From Paragordius varius (Eukaryota > Animalia > Nematomorpha), in contig OZ176055.1 of the NCBI GenBank assembly GCA_964247055.1, positions 2,604,001-2,668,000 on the forward strand: a stretch of DNA of 64,000 nucleotides, given 5' to 3'. The notes under the pieces are model-generated. The model had not been told where the DNA came from. It ran no database searches and saw only the letters and a list, made by a program, of their open reading frames with translations. Each line of letters starts with the position of its first letter. Positions within the stretch are counted from its first letter, which is position 1. Positions 37,426-50,400 of this stretch are shown here, piece after piece. Made by a program: the position numbers and the translations under genes.

Positions 37426-39431
37426 TCTATATATTTATAAAAATGGAAAATGGTGGCTTTGTGATCTGTTCCCGGAAAACCGGTGGACGCATTCAAATCC
37501 AAACAAAAAATATAATAATTAATGAACGGCCCGAAAATTTTTTCCCATTGAATTAGGTCCCCAGTTCGGGCCCATTTCGTGTAAAAAACGGTATTTTATT
37601 GAAAACACAGGTCCACAAAAATCGTGTCTTTGAGGCAATTTTCCGGAAAACTTGTTGGACCATTTGACAAATATTATTTTTTAACTTATTTTCGATTGGG
37701 CCGAACATAGTCGGCCCGCTTTTTTAATTTAGGCCCCGTAAAAGGCCATTTTTCAAAAAAAACCAAGACCGGAAAAAATTTTTTTTGAATCTATTTTTCG
37801 CCCAGGGTACGGGACAGTAAAAATTCAAGAAGGATTTCTGGTATTCCCGTTATAAGGCAGAAATTTTAGCCAAGCGTTTCTTTATGATAGCTACTGGGTA
37901 AGGAGATACCTGCCTAAAACTGCGCCACCATTTCAAAATTGCGTTGTTTAGGAGTTATTTTCAGAAAACTTATCAGACCATATAAGTTTAATAAGGGCCT
38001 GAATTATCCGTAAAAAGAAAAAATTAATTCGAGCGGGTTTAAAATTAGCCGTTAATTAGGCCCCTTCACGCCCTGAAAAATGTACCATAGAATTATTTTT
38101 TAATTTTGAGGGAATTTTCCAAAAACTTATGAGAGCATATAAAATCAATCATCCAGGTATTCTCCGTAAAAGGCAAATTTTTTTTCAAACGTCTTTTTAT
38201 TGTGGATACGGGGCTACCCGCCAACATCTGCGCCACTATATCGATACAGCGTGACTTTAGAGGCAAATTAAAATTTATCAGGCCATAGTTTAATAAAGGC
38301 TTGAAATATCCGTAAAAAAGCAAAAATATAAGTAGAGCGGTTTTATTATATGCCCCTAATTAGGCCCTTGCCCTGAATCTACCATAGAATGACTTTTTGG
38401 TTTTGAGGCAATTTTCCGAAAATCCCACGAGAGCATATGGAATCAGTCATTATTCCAGGTATTAACCGAATTAAGGCAAAAATAATAGAGCGTTTTTTGG
38501 TTTCGCCCCTAGTTAGGGGATTACTTGCACAAAACTGCGACACCATTTTGATACAGCATGCCTTTGGAGCCAAATTTCAGGAAAACGATGTGCCTAATAG
38601 GAACATAGAAATCCATGATTATTCCAGATATTCCCCATATAAAGGCAAATTTTGCTCAACGCTTTTTTTATACCGCCGCTGGGTAAGGGGCTATCCGAAA
38701 AACTGCGCCACTATATAGAAATTGCTTTTGGTTACAGAAAATTCATGAAGCCATATGAGTTCATTAAAAGCTTGGGATTACCTGTAACTAGAAAAAAAAG
38801 TCTGGGGTTTTATAATAAGCCGTTATTTTGGGGCCTTTATGCTCCTAAAAACGCCATCATATAACGATTATTTAGTGTTGAGGTATTTTTTTGAATAACC
38901 CATAAGGCGATGGTATCAAAGATTCAAATATTTGCCCTATAAAGGCAAAGAATTTAACTCAGAGTTTTGGTTGATGGGTAGGGGTCTACCGGTTTAAAAT
39001 TGAGACGCCATACAAAAATTGTGAGGTTTTGGAGCTGAATAAACAACTTAAGAAGACATACAAGTTCAGTTAAACACATTTCTGGCGAATGTTATTATTC
39101 TTTTCTTTGAAAAAGGACCACAAATGAGTTACTTTTTATATCATTTTCTCCCAGCTGTGTGAACACAATTTCAAAATAAAACTTTTAACCATGATTTCGT
39201 AAAACGAAAATCATAAATTAAATCCAATGATAGTTGAATATTATCATAAGGGACAGCTTAAATATAGTAAATTTAGAGTAAATAATATTTGAGCCTAACC
39301 CTTAAAAGAATAATTAAAGAAATTTTTTTATTTCTATTTTTCATTATTTTATCTCCATTACCTCTATGAAAATTATTAAGGATAATTATCGGTAAGATTA
39401 CCTCACAGCGAAGCGTTACAGGGCCAGCTAG
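37426..39431 (+). mobile_element. Non-autonomous Helitron, complete copy B (2006 bp) with internal about 300-bp tandem repeats
   Basis: A|TCTATATATTTATAAAAATGG 5' end; GCGAAGC hairpin then GGGCCAGCTAG|T 3' end; no TSD. Internal anchor AAGGCA at 37854, 38170, 38473, 38642 and 38942. Confidence 0.88.
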
Positions 39432-39470
39432 TTACTTATAAACTTAATATTTTAAATTCGATTTGCTAAT

Positions 39471-42400
39471 TAATAGAATTAGAGTTATATTACAAAGAAA
39501 ACATTTATTAAATACCAAAATCAAACATATGTGGTGTTATCGCAATACAAAAATTATATAAATTTGCTTGAAGCTACAATTAATATTAACTAGGTGCATC
39601 ACATAGAGTTATAAGTGTTTACGATTATATAGGTGCGTTTGTGTTTACGAAAGTACGATCTAACTTAACATCACTCTTTCCCTGTCCTTGATATCTATCT
39701 GGTGGGTGTCGGATTCGTGAAATATCGCCGTTCTGTGTGAGTGTCAATGGTAGGTGCTATGGTGGGTGTTTGTTGGGATAGCAACTTAATGATGGGTTCC
39801 GAGGGTTTGGGCGGCGGTAATGCCTTGGCTTCTGTCGTGGCAGTAGGGTACCTGACACATAGGTCATGCGATGGTGGTGATTCTTCGGACGAAGTTGTCT
39901 TTCGCTTATTCTTTCATCTCCTTCTCTTGGTTTCAGTTGATCGACGTGTTTTCGGATGATTTTGTCACCATCTCGTATTTCATATGAAAGTAATCGAGTC
40001 GTTTATATACAATTCCTTCTCGCCAGCCATTCACTAGCTCATTTTTTATATATTTTTTCGTTTTCAGTATTCGTGATTCGGTTGTACATCGTCTATGAAG
40101 TCCGCTTGTTTACATTTCAGCCATGTGATTGGATTGGGTGGGGTACTTTTTTGGAAATGTTGAGCGGGACATTTGTATGTACCACTGTGTATGTTAGTGC
40201 GGTATCCCCAAAGCGTGTTATTTATTTTTGATTGCGGGTCACAATCTTCTGCTGACCGATAATGTGTTTCAAGGGTATATCACTCGTTCCACCATTCCGT
40301 TCGTTTTTGGATGATAGGGAATCGATGTTACATGTTTAATGTTTCCCGTTTCCATGAATTTTTTAAGCTCCTAAGTAAAGTAAGACGCGTTGTCGGTTAC
40401 TATCATTTTTGGTCCATATCAACTGAAACATTCGTCTAGGAGATTTATGATATTTTTGGTCGATATCATTTTCGATAATTTAACTTCGACCCATCGAGAT
40501 TGTCAATAAGAACTATCCAATAATAATTGTCTATCGGGCTTGCTATATCTAGATGTAATCTCTCCCATATTGCTGCATTAGTGTTCCAATTGTATTAGGG
40601 ATTCAGTTTTCGCATCGGAGGGTTTTCTTGACATTTTTTACAAGTATTTATCCACTTTTTTATGTCGCTTTCCATGTTGACAAAAGACTATTTGTTTTGT
40701 TTGTTCGTACATTGCTTTGGACCCGGGGTGTCCAACGTGTAATAATTGTAAGATATTTATTTTTTGATTCAGTAATTATTAATCATGCTAATATAATAAC
40801 CTGAACGTATTTTCAATTTCATTTTTAAAACTGTGGAATGGATGTAATATTTTATTGAACAAGTTGTTTGTTCTTAGTGCACTTATTACCTTTAATACAG
40901 GGTCGGTTTGGGTCTGGCTTCTAATATGGTCCTGATTTAAATTGAATAGATTACTATTAACAAACCTTACATGTTCTGCGGTTCGAAGGCTTTCTGTGTC
41001 TTATTGTTGTGGTTCTGTCGGCATGCGGGATGGATCTGCATTGTTTTCGTGGCTTTTTGTGCATAGTAGATTGTTATTAAATTCGCTAGCTATATATATC
41101 CAACGTAGCTTGGAATTATTTTTGTCTAGTTTTTGATTATTTTTAAACAGCTTAATTAGTGGTTTGTGATCAGTACGCAGTTCAAACTTCTTCCCCTAAT
41201 AAACGTTTTAAATTTTTCAAAAGCGAAAAGTATGGCTTATTATCACTGAATAAATTTCTTTGGGTTTAGACCACTTTCTAGATGCGTAGTCAATGGGTTC
41301 ATTATGCCCTCTTGCGTGGTCTGTAGTAACACTGCTCCGTACCCTTTATTCGAGGCGTCTGTTTCGATTATTATAGGTAACTTAGAGTTGAACAGTTTAA
41401 CAGTACGACATATTAAATTTTTGGTTCGTTAAAACAGTCCTCGTGGTTTTTGGGGTATATGGGTTTTTTATAACTGAGGTCGTGAAGTATAGCCAAACTT
41501 CCATCCAATTTCGGGAGGAATCGTCTGTGAAAATTTATTGAGCCTAAGAAAAATTTGAGTGTTGTTTTGTCAGTGGGTCTTAGCAAGTCTTGCATGGCTT
41601 TAACTTTATCGGCGGCTGGTGATATGCCGTTTTTTCATATAACATATCCGAAATAGCTTACAGACGGTTGAAAAAGTTTTAGTTTGCTTTTACTTAATTT
41701 TAAACCAGATTCATCTACTAGACGCTTAAATACCCTTTCTAAGTTTCTTATGTGTTCGTCTCGGTTTTTTCCTGTTATTAAAAATCGACTAAATATACAG
41801 CTGTTCCTGGGCAGTCACCTAAAATCTTATCCATTAATCTTTGAAAAATGCAGGGAGCGCTTGTTAGGCTAAAGGGAAGCCTTTTATATGTAAAGTATCC
41901 TGGGGGTGTGGTTTATGTTAGTAACTTTTCTTTCTCGATTTATTGGCAATTGCAGATATGCGTCTTTTAAATCGATTATCGAAAATTCTCCTAATCCTAT
42001 TTTGGAAACTAATTCGTTAAATGTCGGTATATTATGACTGTCATCTACTAGATGAGGATTTATTGTAACACGATAATCTGCACATACCCTTAAAGCACCA
42101 TTCGCTTATGTTATACAAACAATGGGGGTAGCCCAGGTTAGTTTCTCAGTCGTAGGGTCTAATGGTTTGATTATGTCCGCTTCTAAAAGTCTCTTAATTT
42201 CAGAGTCGACTTTTTCTTTTAACGGTATCGGGATGCGGCGACACTTAAAAATTTTTGGTTTTGTACTGTTCTTTAAAAAAGGTTTGATAGGGGTTCCAGT
42301 GAAACACCCTAACTTTTCACAAAAAGGTGAGTTAAATTAATCAACAAGTGAATTTTCCTCAAATATATTATTATTTAAACATTTACGACTATCAACTGTT

Positions 42401-43628
42401 TTATGGCATTCGGGAATTTTTGTAGCCAATCCCAAGCAAGAATTGCTGGGGCCTTTTTGTCGCTTACAACCATACACGCCAATGATTTGTTTCACCATCG
42501 CATTGTACCATGACCATACACCTTCCCTAGGAATTAATTCTTTGTCCACCATAGCTATACAAATCTGGGCCTGTTTGTTGCAACTCAGGTTCCCCATTTT
42601 TTCCCACGCTTGACAATCAATTATAGATACACTTGAACCTGTGTCTATAATCATTATTGGCATACCATTAATTGTTATCTTGATGGTGGTTACACATTCG
42701 ACATGCTGAACGTTGCTAATCCTTTTCTTCTTACAGCACGTTTGGAAGTGGTTCCAGCCTTGACACTTATACTATTGCTTGCCCCAAGCTGCGCATCTGC
42801 CGGGTGCATGACCTAACCCGCAGAATCGACACTTAATTAAAGTAACACGGTCTATTTTTTGACATCCACTAAAGGAAACATCGGCAGGCACTTGTCCGCA
42901 ATATCTGGCCATCTGTTGTTGTTAGTTTATGTGCTTTTTCATAGTTGAAAGCAATGTCTACCACTTGTTTTAGCGTTATGGTTTTGTTTTCCCATATGGC
43001 GTCGGGGAATCTAGTAAACAAATCTAATTCATTTTTTCCACTCCCAGGCCTGCAATGAACGCGTGCGCATTTTTTCATCGACGTCAAGCTTGAAGTTGCA
43101 TTTTGCGGCTTCGGTTTTGACTCGTAAAAAGAATTCCGTAAATGTTACATTTTCTTTCCGACAAAGTGTCATGATTAATCTGGCCTGGAATATATTTGTC
43201 CTATTCGATTCGTAAATTTTCCTGAGGTATTATCAAGCGAATTTGCGCAGGAATGTTGGTCACAAAGAAATTTGAACCGAGAAATAACGTCTTGCAATTG
43301 TTGTCGCTTACCGTCATGTTTTTTGCAGCTAGCATTCGCTGAATGTATAAAACGTATCGGTCAAAATTTTCCTTCATCAAAGCTTTCCAGAGAATTCTTT
43401 GCCAGGTTAATCGACGCGCCATTAATAGAAGTAGCGTTATATTACAAATAAAACATTTATTAAATACCAAAATCAAACATGTGTGTGTGATATCACAATA
43501 AAGAATATTATATTAACTATTTTGCTTGAAGCTACAATTAAAATTAACTAGGTGCATCGCATAGCGTTATAAGTGTTTACAATTATATAGGTGCGTTTGT
43601 GTCCACAAAAGTAGGATCTAACTTAACA
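39471..43628 (-). mobile_element. Degenerate Ty3/Gypsy (Mag-like) LTR retrotransposon, 4158 bp
   Basis: LTRs at 39471-39670 and 43423-43628 are roughly 90% identical by eye. TSD CTAAT; PBS TGGCGCGTCG at 43421; PPT GGGAAAGAGTGA. Broken gag, two CCHC knuckles (CRFCGLGHAPGRC), protease IIDTGSS, RT fragments (IDLKDAYLQLP), RNase H (ETDASNKGYGAVL) and integrase (TDNASYF). Confidence 0.92.
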
Positions 43629-46317
43629 CTAATATAATATTTTTGAAGAAAAAATAATATATAAACAAGATTTTATAAATAAAACACTCCTATATTTTCC
43701 TACAATTTGATTCATGAAGAAAATATGGAATTTACCGGGGAGATTAATTTAATAATAGATAATTATTTAACATTTTTATCTAATGAGATGAAATTAGGTT
43801 TCAAGAATCAAGAAATATTAAACATTGCTTAAAACTCGTTGAAAATCCATGGCATATAAATATATCCAATTAACTTGAGCATTTCGGTTTGATCAGGCGA
43901 ATATCATTAAAGAATTCGTAGATTTTAAAAAAAAACCAATTAGGAGGCTATATTCAAGGAGAATCGTAGAGAAGAAATATATGTAGAGTTTTGGCAAGAG
44001 TGCCAAATAAATATGAAAATATATTAATATGTGCTCAAGCTATCCTAACTGTTTTTCCCTTAACTTACACGTGTTCGACAACATATTCAAAAATGAAGTA
44101 TGTCAAGAAAACAAAATCACTTAACCGATGATCAGGACGACGTATTAAGATTGGCCTGTCATGAGGCAAACCGTCAATCATTGGTTAATAGCAAAAAACG
44201 AGTTTTTATCTGGAATGCAAACCGCAAAAAATGTGCTGATTTAGAGTATAAATATGTGCATATGTGTCAAATAGCTATGGAATATTTACCATTATAAGGT
44301 TCATGGAAAATAATGTATTTTATTGGGGCCGTCAAATATTTTTGGAGTACCATTGGTTAAGAGTATAGTTGTCTTTTGAAACAAATTTGTCTTTATATTT
44401 TCGTCCGTATAATTTCAATTTTTACTGTAATTAATAATGAATAACTTTATATCACTCAAAACCAAAAGCACCATAAAAATTATAATGCATTTATCTATCA
44501 GAATATATATAATTCATCGGGATCTATTCACTATGCCTGATTTTAAGACAGTCGAAAGTCAAACCTATATGCAAAAATTAGTTTTTTATTTAATAAAAAT
44601 ATAATTTATAAAATTTTATTACTGCGATTTAATTTAATATAATTTAGAACGGATGATTCTCATTACATTGTTTTATATGTATAATTAACTACCACTTAAT
44701 GATATTAAAACCTAATTGTTGCTAAAGTTGTATGTATGCGCCATATTAAACTTTAATTATGAAACGCAAAAACAACCAAAGCCATTAATACTAATACAAG
44801 AAATATACAAATCATATCTATAACTTCGCCAAAGAAATAAGTTATTAAGCCAAAAATAGGGCTTTAATGAAACTCAAAAACAAAAAGCAATCTTTAATAC
44901 CTCTCCCCTCAAAAAGCAAAAATGCTGGCTGGCTTTTAAAACAGAAATAACAAAAAGAAAATAGTGGACAGGTTTTAAATAATAATAATAAGTCTCGAAA
45001 AAGAAAATGGATGCAGACTCTAACACATGACAAAGATTACAAAAGAAAATATGTAACTTCTACTAAACTAAAATGTGAACGACAAAAAAAAAACCAAAAA
45101 AATATAATTTAAGCAACCTGAAGTGAAAAATTAAGGGAACAGTTAAAGAAAACAACAAAAGGGTAAAATTTTTTTCTTAAAGAGCAGATAGTGAGAAAAG
45201 TTAAATTAAAAAAAAAGAGAGCTGTCAAAATAAAAATGAAAAAAACCATTTGCAATCAAAATCGTAAAAAGGTAATTTTTTAAACTTAAAATATATCAAC
45301 TCAAGCGGATGATTTGATACTAATACAGCTCCTCTGAATGTATTAAGCTAGTATTGCGGACACATTATTTTCGGTCATTGGTTGAATTGATTAGGCCCCA
45401 CACTTTTGGTTTAGCCATGCTTTTGGCAGATGTTACTAGGTACCATATATCTTTCCTTTTTTATTAGACTGTAATTATTAAATCATAACAATTTAATTTT
45501 GGACTTATCATTTACAAATAGTCAAGGAAAATCTAAATTTAAAATATTTCATTATAAGTTTGATATTTTTTAGTTTCCAACAGAGAAAAGAAGACATATA
45601 ATCGTATCTTTTATATGAGTTTCTTTCATGAAGCCATCCTTAATATACATTTTATAGGCTCCTTTATCCTTTTTATTTGTTAGGTATTGACTTAAATTGT
45701 ATCAGGAATTAAGAAAGCTATAAATCGTCTACCCGAGCTAACACTCATAATAGAAAAATTGTGTTGTTAGTTCAGGGTTTACCACGCCACACACATAGTA
45801 TGAGTCCGGCACCCTACTACCATCACGCCTTATCCTCCTCTACTAAATATCTTAATGAAAATTTTTAAAAAATAAGCTATTGGTTTTATTAAAATGCTAT
45901 AAAGTATGCCCGCTTTTCTCCCTCAGTTTACTGTTCTAACAATAGAAAAATTAAATATCGTCTGACATGCAAACAACCTAAAGTTTTGCATTTATTTGAG
46001 AAATGGGAAAAATGCATAAGTATTAAAAAATGATTGTTTTTAGAGATTGATTAATAAAGCGGAAGTGTTTGTAACAAAATTGTAGTGCATTTGTAATATA
46101 AAACAATTCGTCGAATTATGACGCACGTGTAAGATAATTTTATGTTGTTATAACAACGAATACCAAATTTTCTGATAGTCATAAAAATATTGAAAGGTTG
46201 TTCAATCATAAAAGAGTTTTCAAGCTCAAGATTAATAAATTCAAGCAGAAGAATGACACCTCAAAAGAAGGATTCAATAAAATTTATTTAGCCTATAGAT
46301 TTATAATACCATTTAAG

Positions 46318-46885
46318 TTCTTCCAAAAGTTCAAATGCCAAACTTATGTTGGGAATAGATCTTGGTCGGTTAATCATTACCTTCATTGATGCGGATCGAG
46401 CACGACATGTCCGTGATACTGATATATTTAGCTGTGAGCGATCATGTTCCAATCCTTCTCTCATTGAGACGCGTCGAAACAAATGTTCATTCCAATCCTG
46501 AAATTCACGGTCCTAAAAGTCGCCTGGGGACACAACCTTTCAGATTATAAATGGGATAGGAGATTTTGCTCGATTAAGATCTATGCGAGCAAAAATTGCA
46601 TATTTCACGCCTATACGCTGCAATGTGGAGAGATCTATGATACTTAAGCATGACCATACGAAAGAATATGGACCCCCAACCAACTTTTTGGACCGCGAAT
46701 TCGGGCATGGGAATAAACCTTTGTTTTTAAGCGCCTTAATCCGAGAAGAAATGGAACATGATCGTTGAAAGCTAAATTTATCAGTGTCACTGACACGTCG
46801 TGATCGATCTGCAACAATGAATGAAATGATTAACTGACTAGATCTCTTCCCAACATGAGTTCGGTATTTAATCTTTTGGAAAAAG
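46318..46885. mobile_element. Foldback/MITE-like element with long (about 230 bp) imperfect inverted arms
   Basis: Left arm TTCCAAAAG..TTATGTTGGGAATAGATC..GATCATGTTCCA.. is mirrored by the right arm at about 46650-46885. A third arm fragment lies at about 47110-47200. Confidence 0.75.
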
Positions 46886-47441
46886 CTAAACTATTAATTT
46901 ATATTAAATATTGTAATCTTTTTTATTCTTTTTGACAGATCATTTACAAATAGTTAAGGGAAATCTATATTTAATATACATATTAAAAAATTGTAAAAAT
47001 GCTTGTTTTCAGTATTAAACAAAGAAATAATGGCAAAGGATTTAAGTCGTTTAATTTATACATGCAGGCTAAAAATTACCACCAACACCGAGAAAGGTCC
47101 TTAGTTCTTATTCAAAATCCAAGAGAAGCTGTATCCCCAGGTGACTTTTGGGCCACGAATTCGGGAATGGAGGTGCTTTGTTTCAGAGCGTTTCAATGAG
47201 TATTTTGAAAAATATCATCAACTTTTCAATACTTTATATAAAATAAAAACGTGAGATGATGGTTGCTAGTTACAAACAAATCAAACAACACACATAAAAA
47301 GTAAATTGCCATATTAGATAAACAAATCTGTGTCCAAAGATAATTACCAGCGTTTAAAAAACACGAAAATCCAACTCAAAACACCTCTCCATTACAAAGT
47401 CTCATATACTTACGAGGAATAAATTGGCCACATTTACCTAC

Positions 47442-50400
47442 TATTACGTATCGAATATTACGAATCGGTGATGAAAATACAAAACAATAATAATTTATTA
47501 AGAATTTCGATATATTTATACTTTTTAATTAATGATAATTTTAACATGCATGTGCGTCACAATTGTAAGAATATGTCTTTTATTCTACGAATATAAATAT
47601 AAGAATTCCACGAATAATGACGCACAAACATAAACGTAAGATGCGCTTAATATAATAAAATGATGTAAGATATAATGATGCAACGTTGTAGTATCCACTA
47701 CATATCATTTTCTTCCTCCTCTAAAAAACGCTTCGGCGGTTTTCGAACTCGGTCTGGATACCGCCTGGGGGCCTCCCCCTGCTCAACATCCGATCTCAGT
47801 TGATCGGCATGTTTTCGCATCTCTTTTCCATCTTCATCCTTTACTTCGTAGGATAACGGCCCCGTCCTTACTTCCACCGTACCCGGTCGCCATCCTCTTG
47901 ATGTCTCGTTCTTTATAAAAATTGACTGATCCGGTGTGAATTCTCTTAAGGGTCTCGGTGGCGTACTTTCTTTAGGCGTTTCTTTATCTTGCAACCAATT
48001 CAACGGTGTGTTGATGTTTCTCTTCAAAAACAACGATGCGGGGGTCGTCTTAATCTCGTTATGCCATGAATTACGATAGGCCAATAAAACATTATTTAAA
48101 GCCTCCTGACTCTTCACGCCAGGCATCATCGTGGAACGGAATCTCGACTTCAAAGTATAAATTACTCTTTCTACCAAACCATTTGTCCTTGGGTGGTAGG
48201 GAGCCGACGTCACATGCTTAATGTTCCAGTTTGTCATCTTCTCCCGAAAATTGAACGATTTGAAATAAGTAGCATTATCAGATACTAGCATTCTTGGAAA
48301 ACCATAAGAGGAAAACCATTTCTCCAATTGTTTCAAAATCACATCAGATGTAATACTGCTAAGTATCTCCACCTCCACCCATCTTGAGAACGCGTCAATT
48401 AAAACCAACCAATATTTACCACACATGGGACCCGCGATGTCCACATGGAGTCTTTCCCATATTCCCACATTGAAGTTCCATTTATATACCGGATTCTCAG
48501 CAACGTTCGCCCTGTTCCTCTGACAACACTGACAGTCGTGTACTAACTTTTCAATGTCCTTATCCATTCCGGGCCAAAACACCACCGACCTGGCTGTGTT
48601 TTTCATAGCAACGATACCCGGATGTCCAACATGAAACCAAGCCAAAATTCGTCTTCGTGCAGCTGTTGGGATAACCAACCGATCACCAACATATACGAAA
48701 CCATCGGCTTGTTTGAGATCATTTCTAACGGGTTTGAATGCGGATAATTCCGGTGTTGACCAATCATTATTTTTAAGTGCCATACGTAGTCGTTTTAACA
48801 GTTTATCCTCCAAACAATCTTTTTTTGCGTAATTTAAATTTAAATCCACGAATGCGATTTGTGGGATTTTTTCGCCACATATTCATCATCATTGTCTACG
48901 GATGTCTGACTCTTTTCGGGAAGTCTTGAAAACACATCGGCCATGTTTGTCGATCCCGCAATATATTTCATGTCAAAATCATACGCGGCGGCCTTGTAGA
49001 TCCATCTTAACAATTTACAGTTTTTAATATCACTTAACTTCCGATTGTTTCCGAATAAAAGAACCAACGGCTTATGATCTGACCAGACCTCACATTTCTG
49101 TCCATAAATATAATAATGGAATTTTTCTAAACCAAATAACAAAGCCTTGGTTTCCAATTCAATCACAGAATAATTTCTCTCATTCTGGCATTTTCTTGAT
49201 GCGAATGCAATTGGTACCATTCTCTTATTTTCCATTTGCAGAAGTACAGCTCCAAAGCCTTTTGTAGACGCATCCACTTGTATTATTGTATTATTTATGT
49301 TATAAGTGGCAAGTAAAGATTCTCTTGATATTAAGTTTTTTGCTTGCTTGAATTCATTTTGATTGTGACCATCTCCATTCCTTTTTGGATCCTGTTAGTG
49401 CATGTAGATTACTACCTTGATATGTAAACCAGGAATAAAACGTTCATAAAAATTGAGCAATCCCAAAAATGATCTTAACTCAGTTTTATTCGTGGGTGTT
49501 GCACATTTAGCAATGGCGTCGAGCTTATCTTGTACAGGGCGGATTCCCTGTTTTGATAACTCAAACCCCAAAAATTTTATATTCTTCTGATACAGTTTTA
49601 ATTTATCTTTTCTTAGTGTAAACCCGCATTTTTGTAACTTTGCTAAGGTCTTGCTCAGATTTCTATCGTGTTCCTCTTTCGTTTTACCAACAATCAAAAC
49701 ATCGTCGAGATAAGCCATTGTGCCCCTGCAATCTTTGAGTACCTCATCCATTATTCTCTGGAAAAGCATGGGAGAAACCTTCAATCCAAATGGTAGGCGA
49801 TTAAATTGGAAATATCCCATCGGGGTAGTAATAACTAAATATTTTTTACTTTCCACATCCACCGGAATTTGAAGGTATGCGTCCTTTAAATCAATGGACG
49901 AGAACCATGTGGATCCCGCACATTTAGACGCGATCGTGTCAAATGTCGGGATAATCTGAGATATGTTCTCCATCAAAGAATTGATAGTTACTTGGAAATC
50001 AGCGCACACCCTAATTTCCCCATTAGTTTTTACGACGTTAACCGTAGGAGTCGCCCATTCCACATGGTGTTGTGTTGGATCTACGGGACCCACTATTCCC
50101 ACGTCTATCAGTCTCTGTATTTCCATCTCTACTTTACTCTGTAGTGCCAATGGAATTCGCAGTGCAGCGCAGACTTTTGGTATTGCATCTGATCGGACAT
50201 ACAATTTGACAGGATCACCCTTGTAACAACCCAATTTCCCGTTAAAGAGTTTTGGAAATCACTTGAATACATCATCATGACCATTATTATTATTAGATGT
50301 TATTTGATTAACTTTCACGTTATCCGGCAGGGTCATGCCACAACCAATGATCCACGGCAGCCCAAATATAGGAGATAGCTCTTCTTCCGTCACAAAACAT

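Larger units (their letters stand above)
37155..44370 (+). pseudogene. Decayed hAT (Buster/GTF2IRD2-like) transposase in three pieces (about 37155-37425, 39432-39465 and 43634-44170)
   Basis: Frame-broken translation: EFNRKFKNLLKDIHSEFDD..YTE..WLSLSKVLYRSFVLGNEILLF..DKWL..LAxLCxI | TYKLNILNS | ...EFW-RVPNKYENILICAQAILTVFPLTYTCSTTYSKMKYVK..HLTDDQDDVLRLAC. This matches the hAT WLSRG region and the C-terminal dimerisation domain. Outer boundaries approximate. Confidence 0.8.

Noticed and set aside
38093-38864. ORFs inside Helitron B (38093, 38379, 38437, 38652)
   Set aside because: They arise from the tandem repeat unit; no Rep or helicase motifs.
50259-50261. TGA reassignment or selenocysteine in this genome
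   Set aside because: No in-frame TGA occurs in the ZEB, CBS, GSKIP or GPCR coding sequence; a single case in a lesioned retroelement is not evidence.
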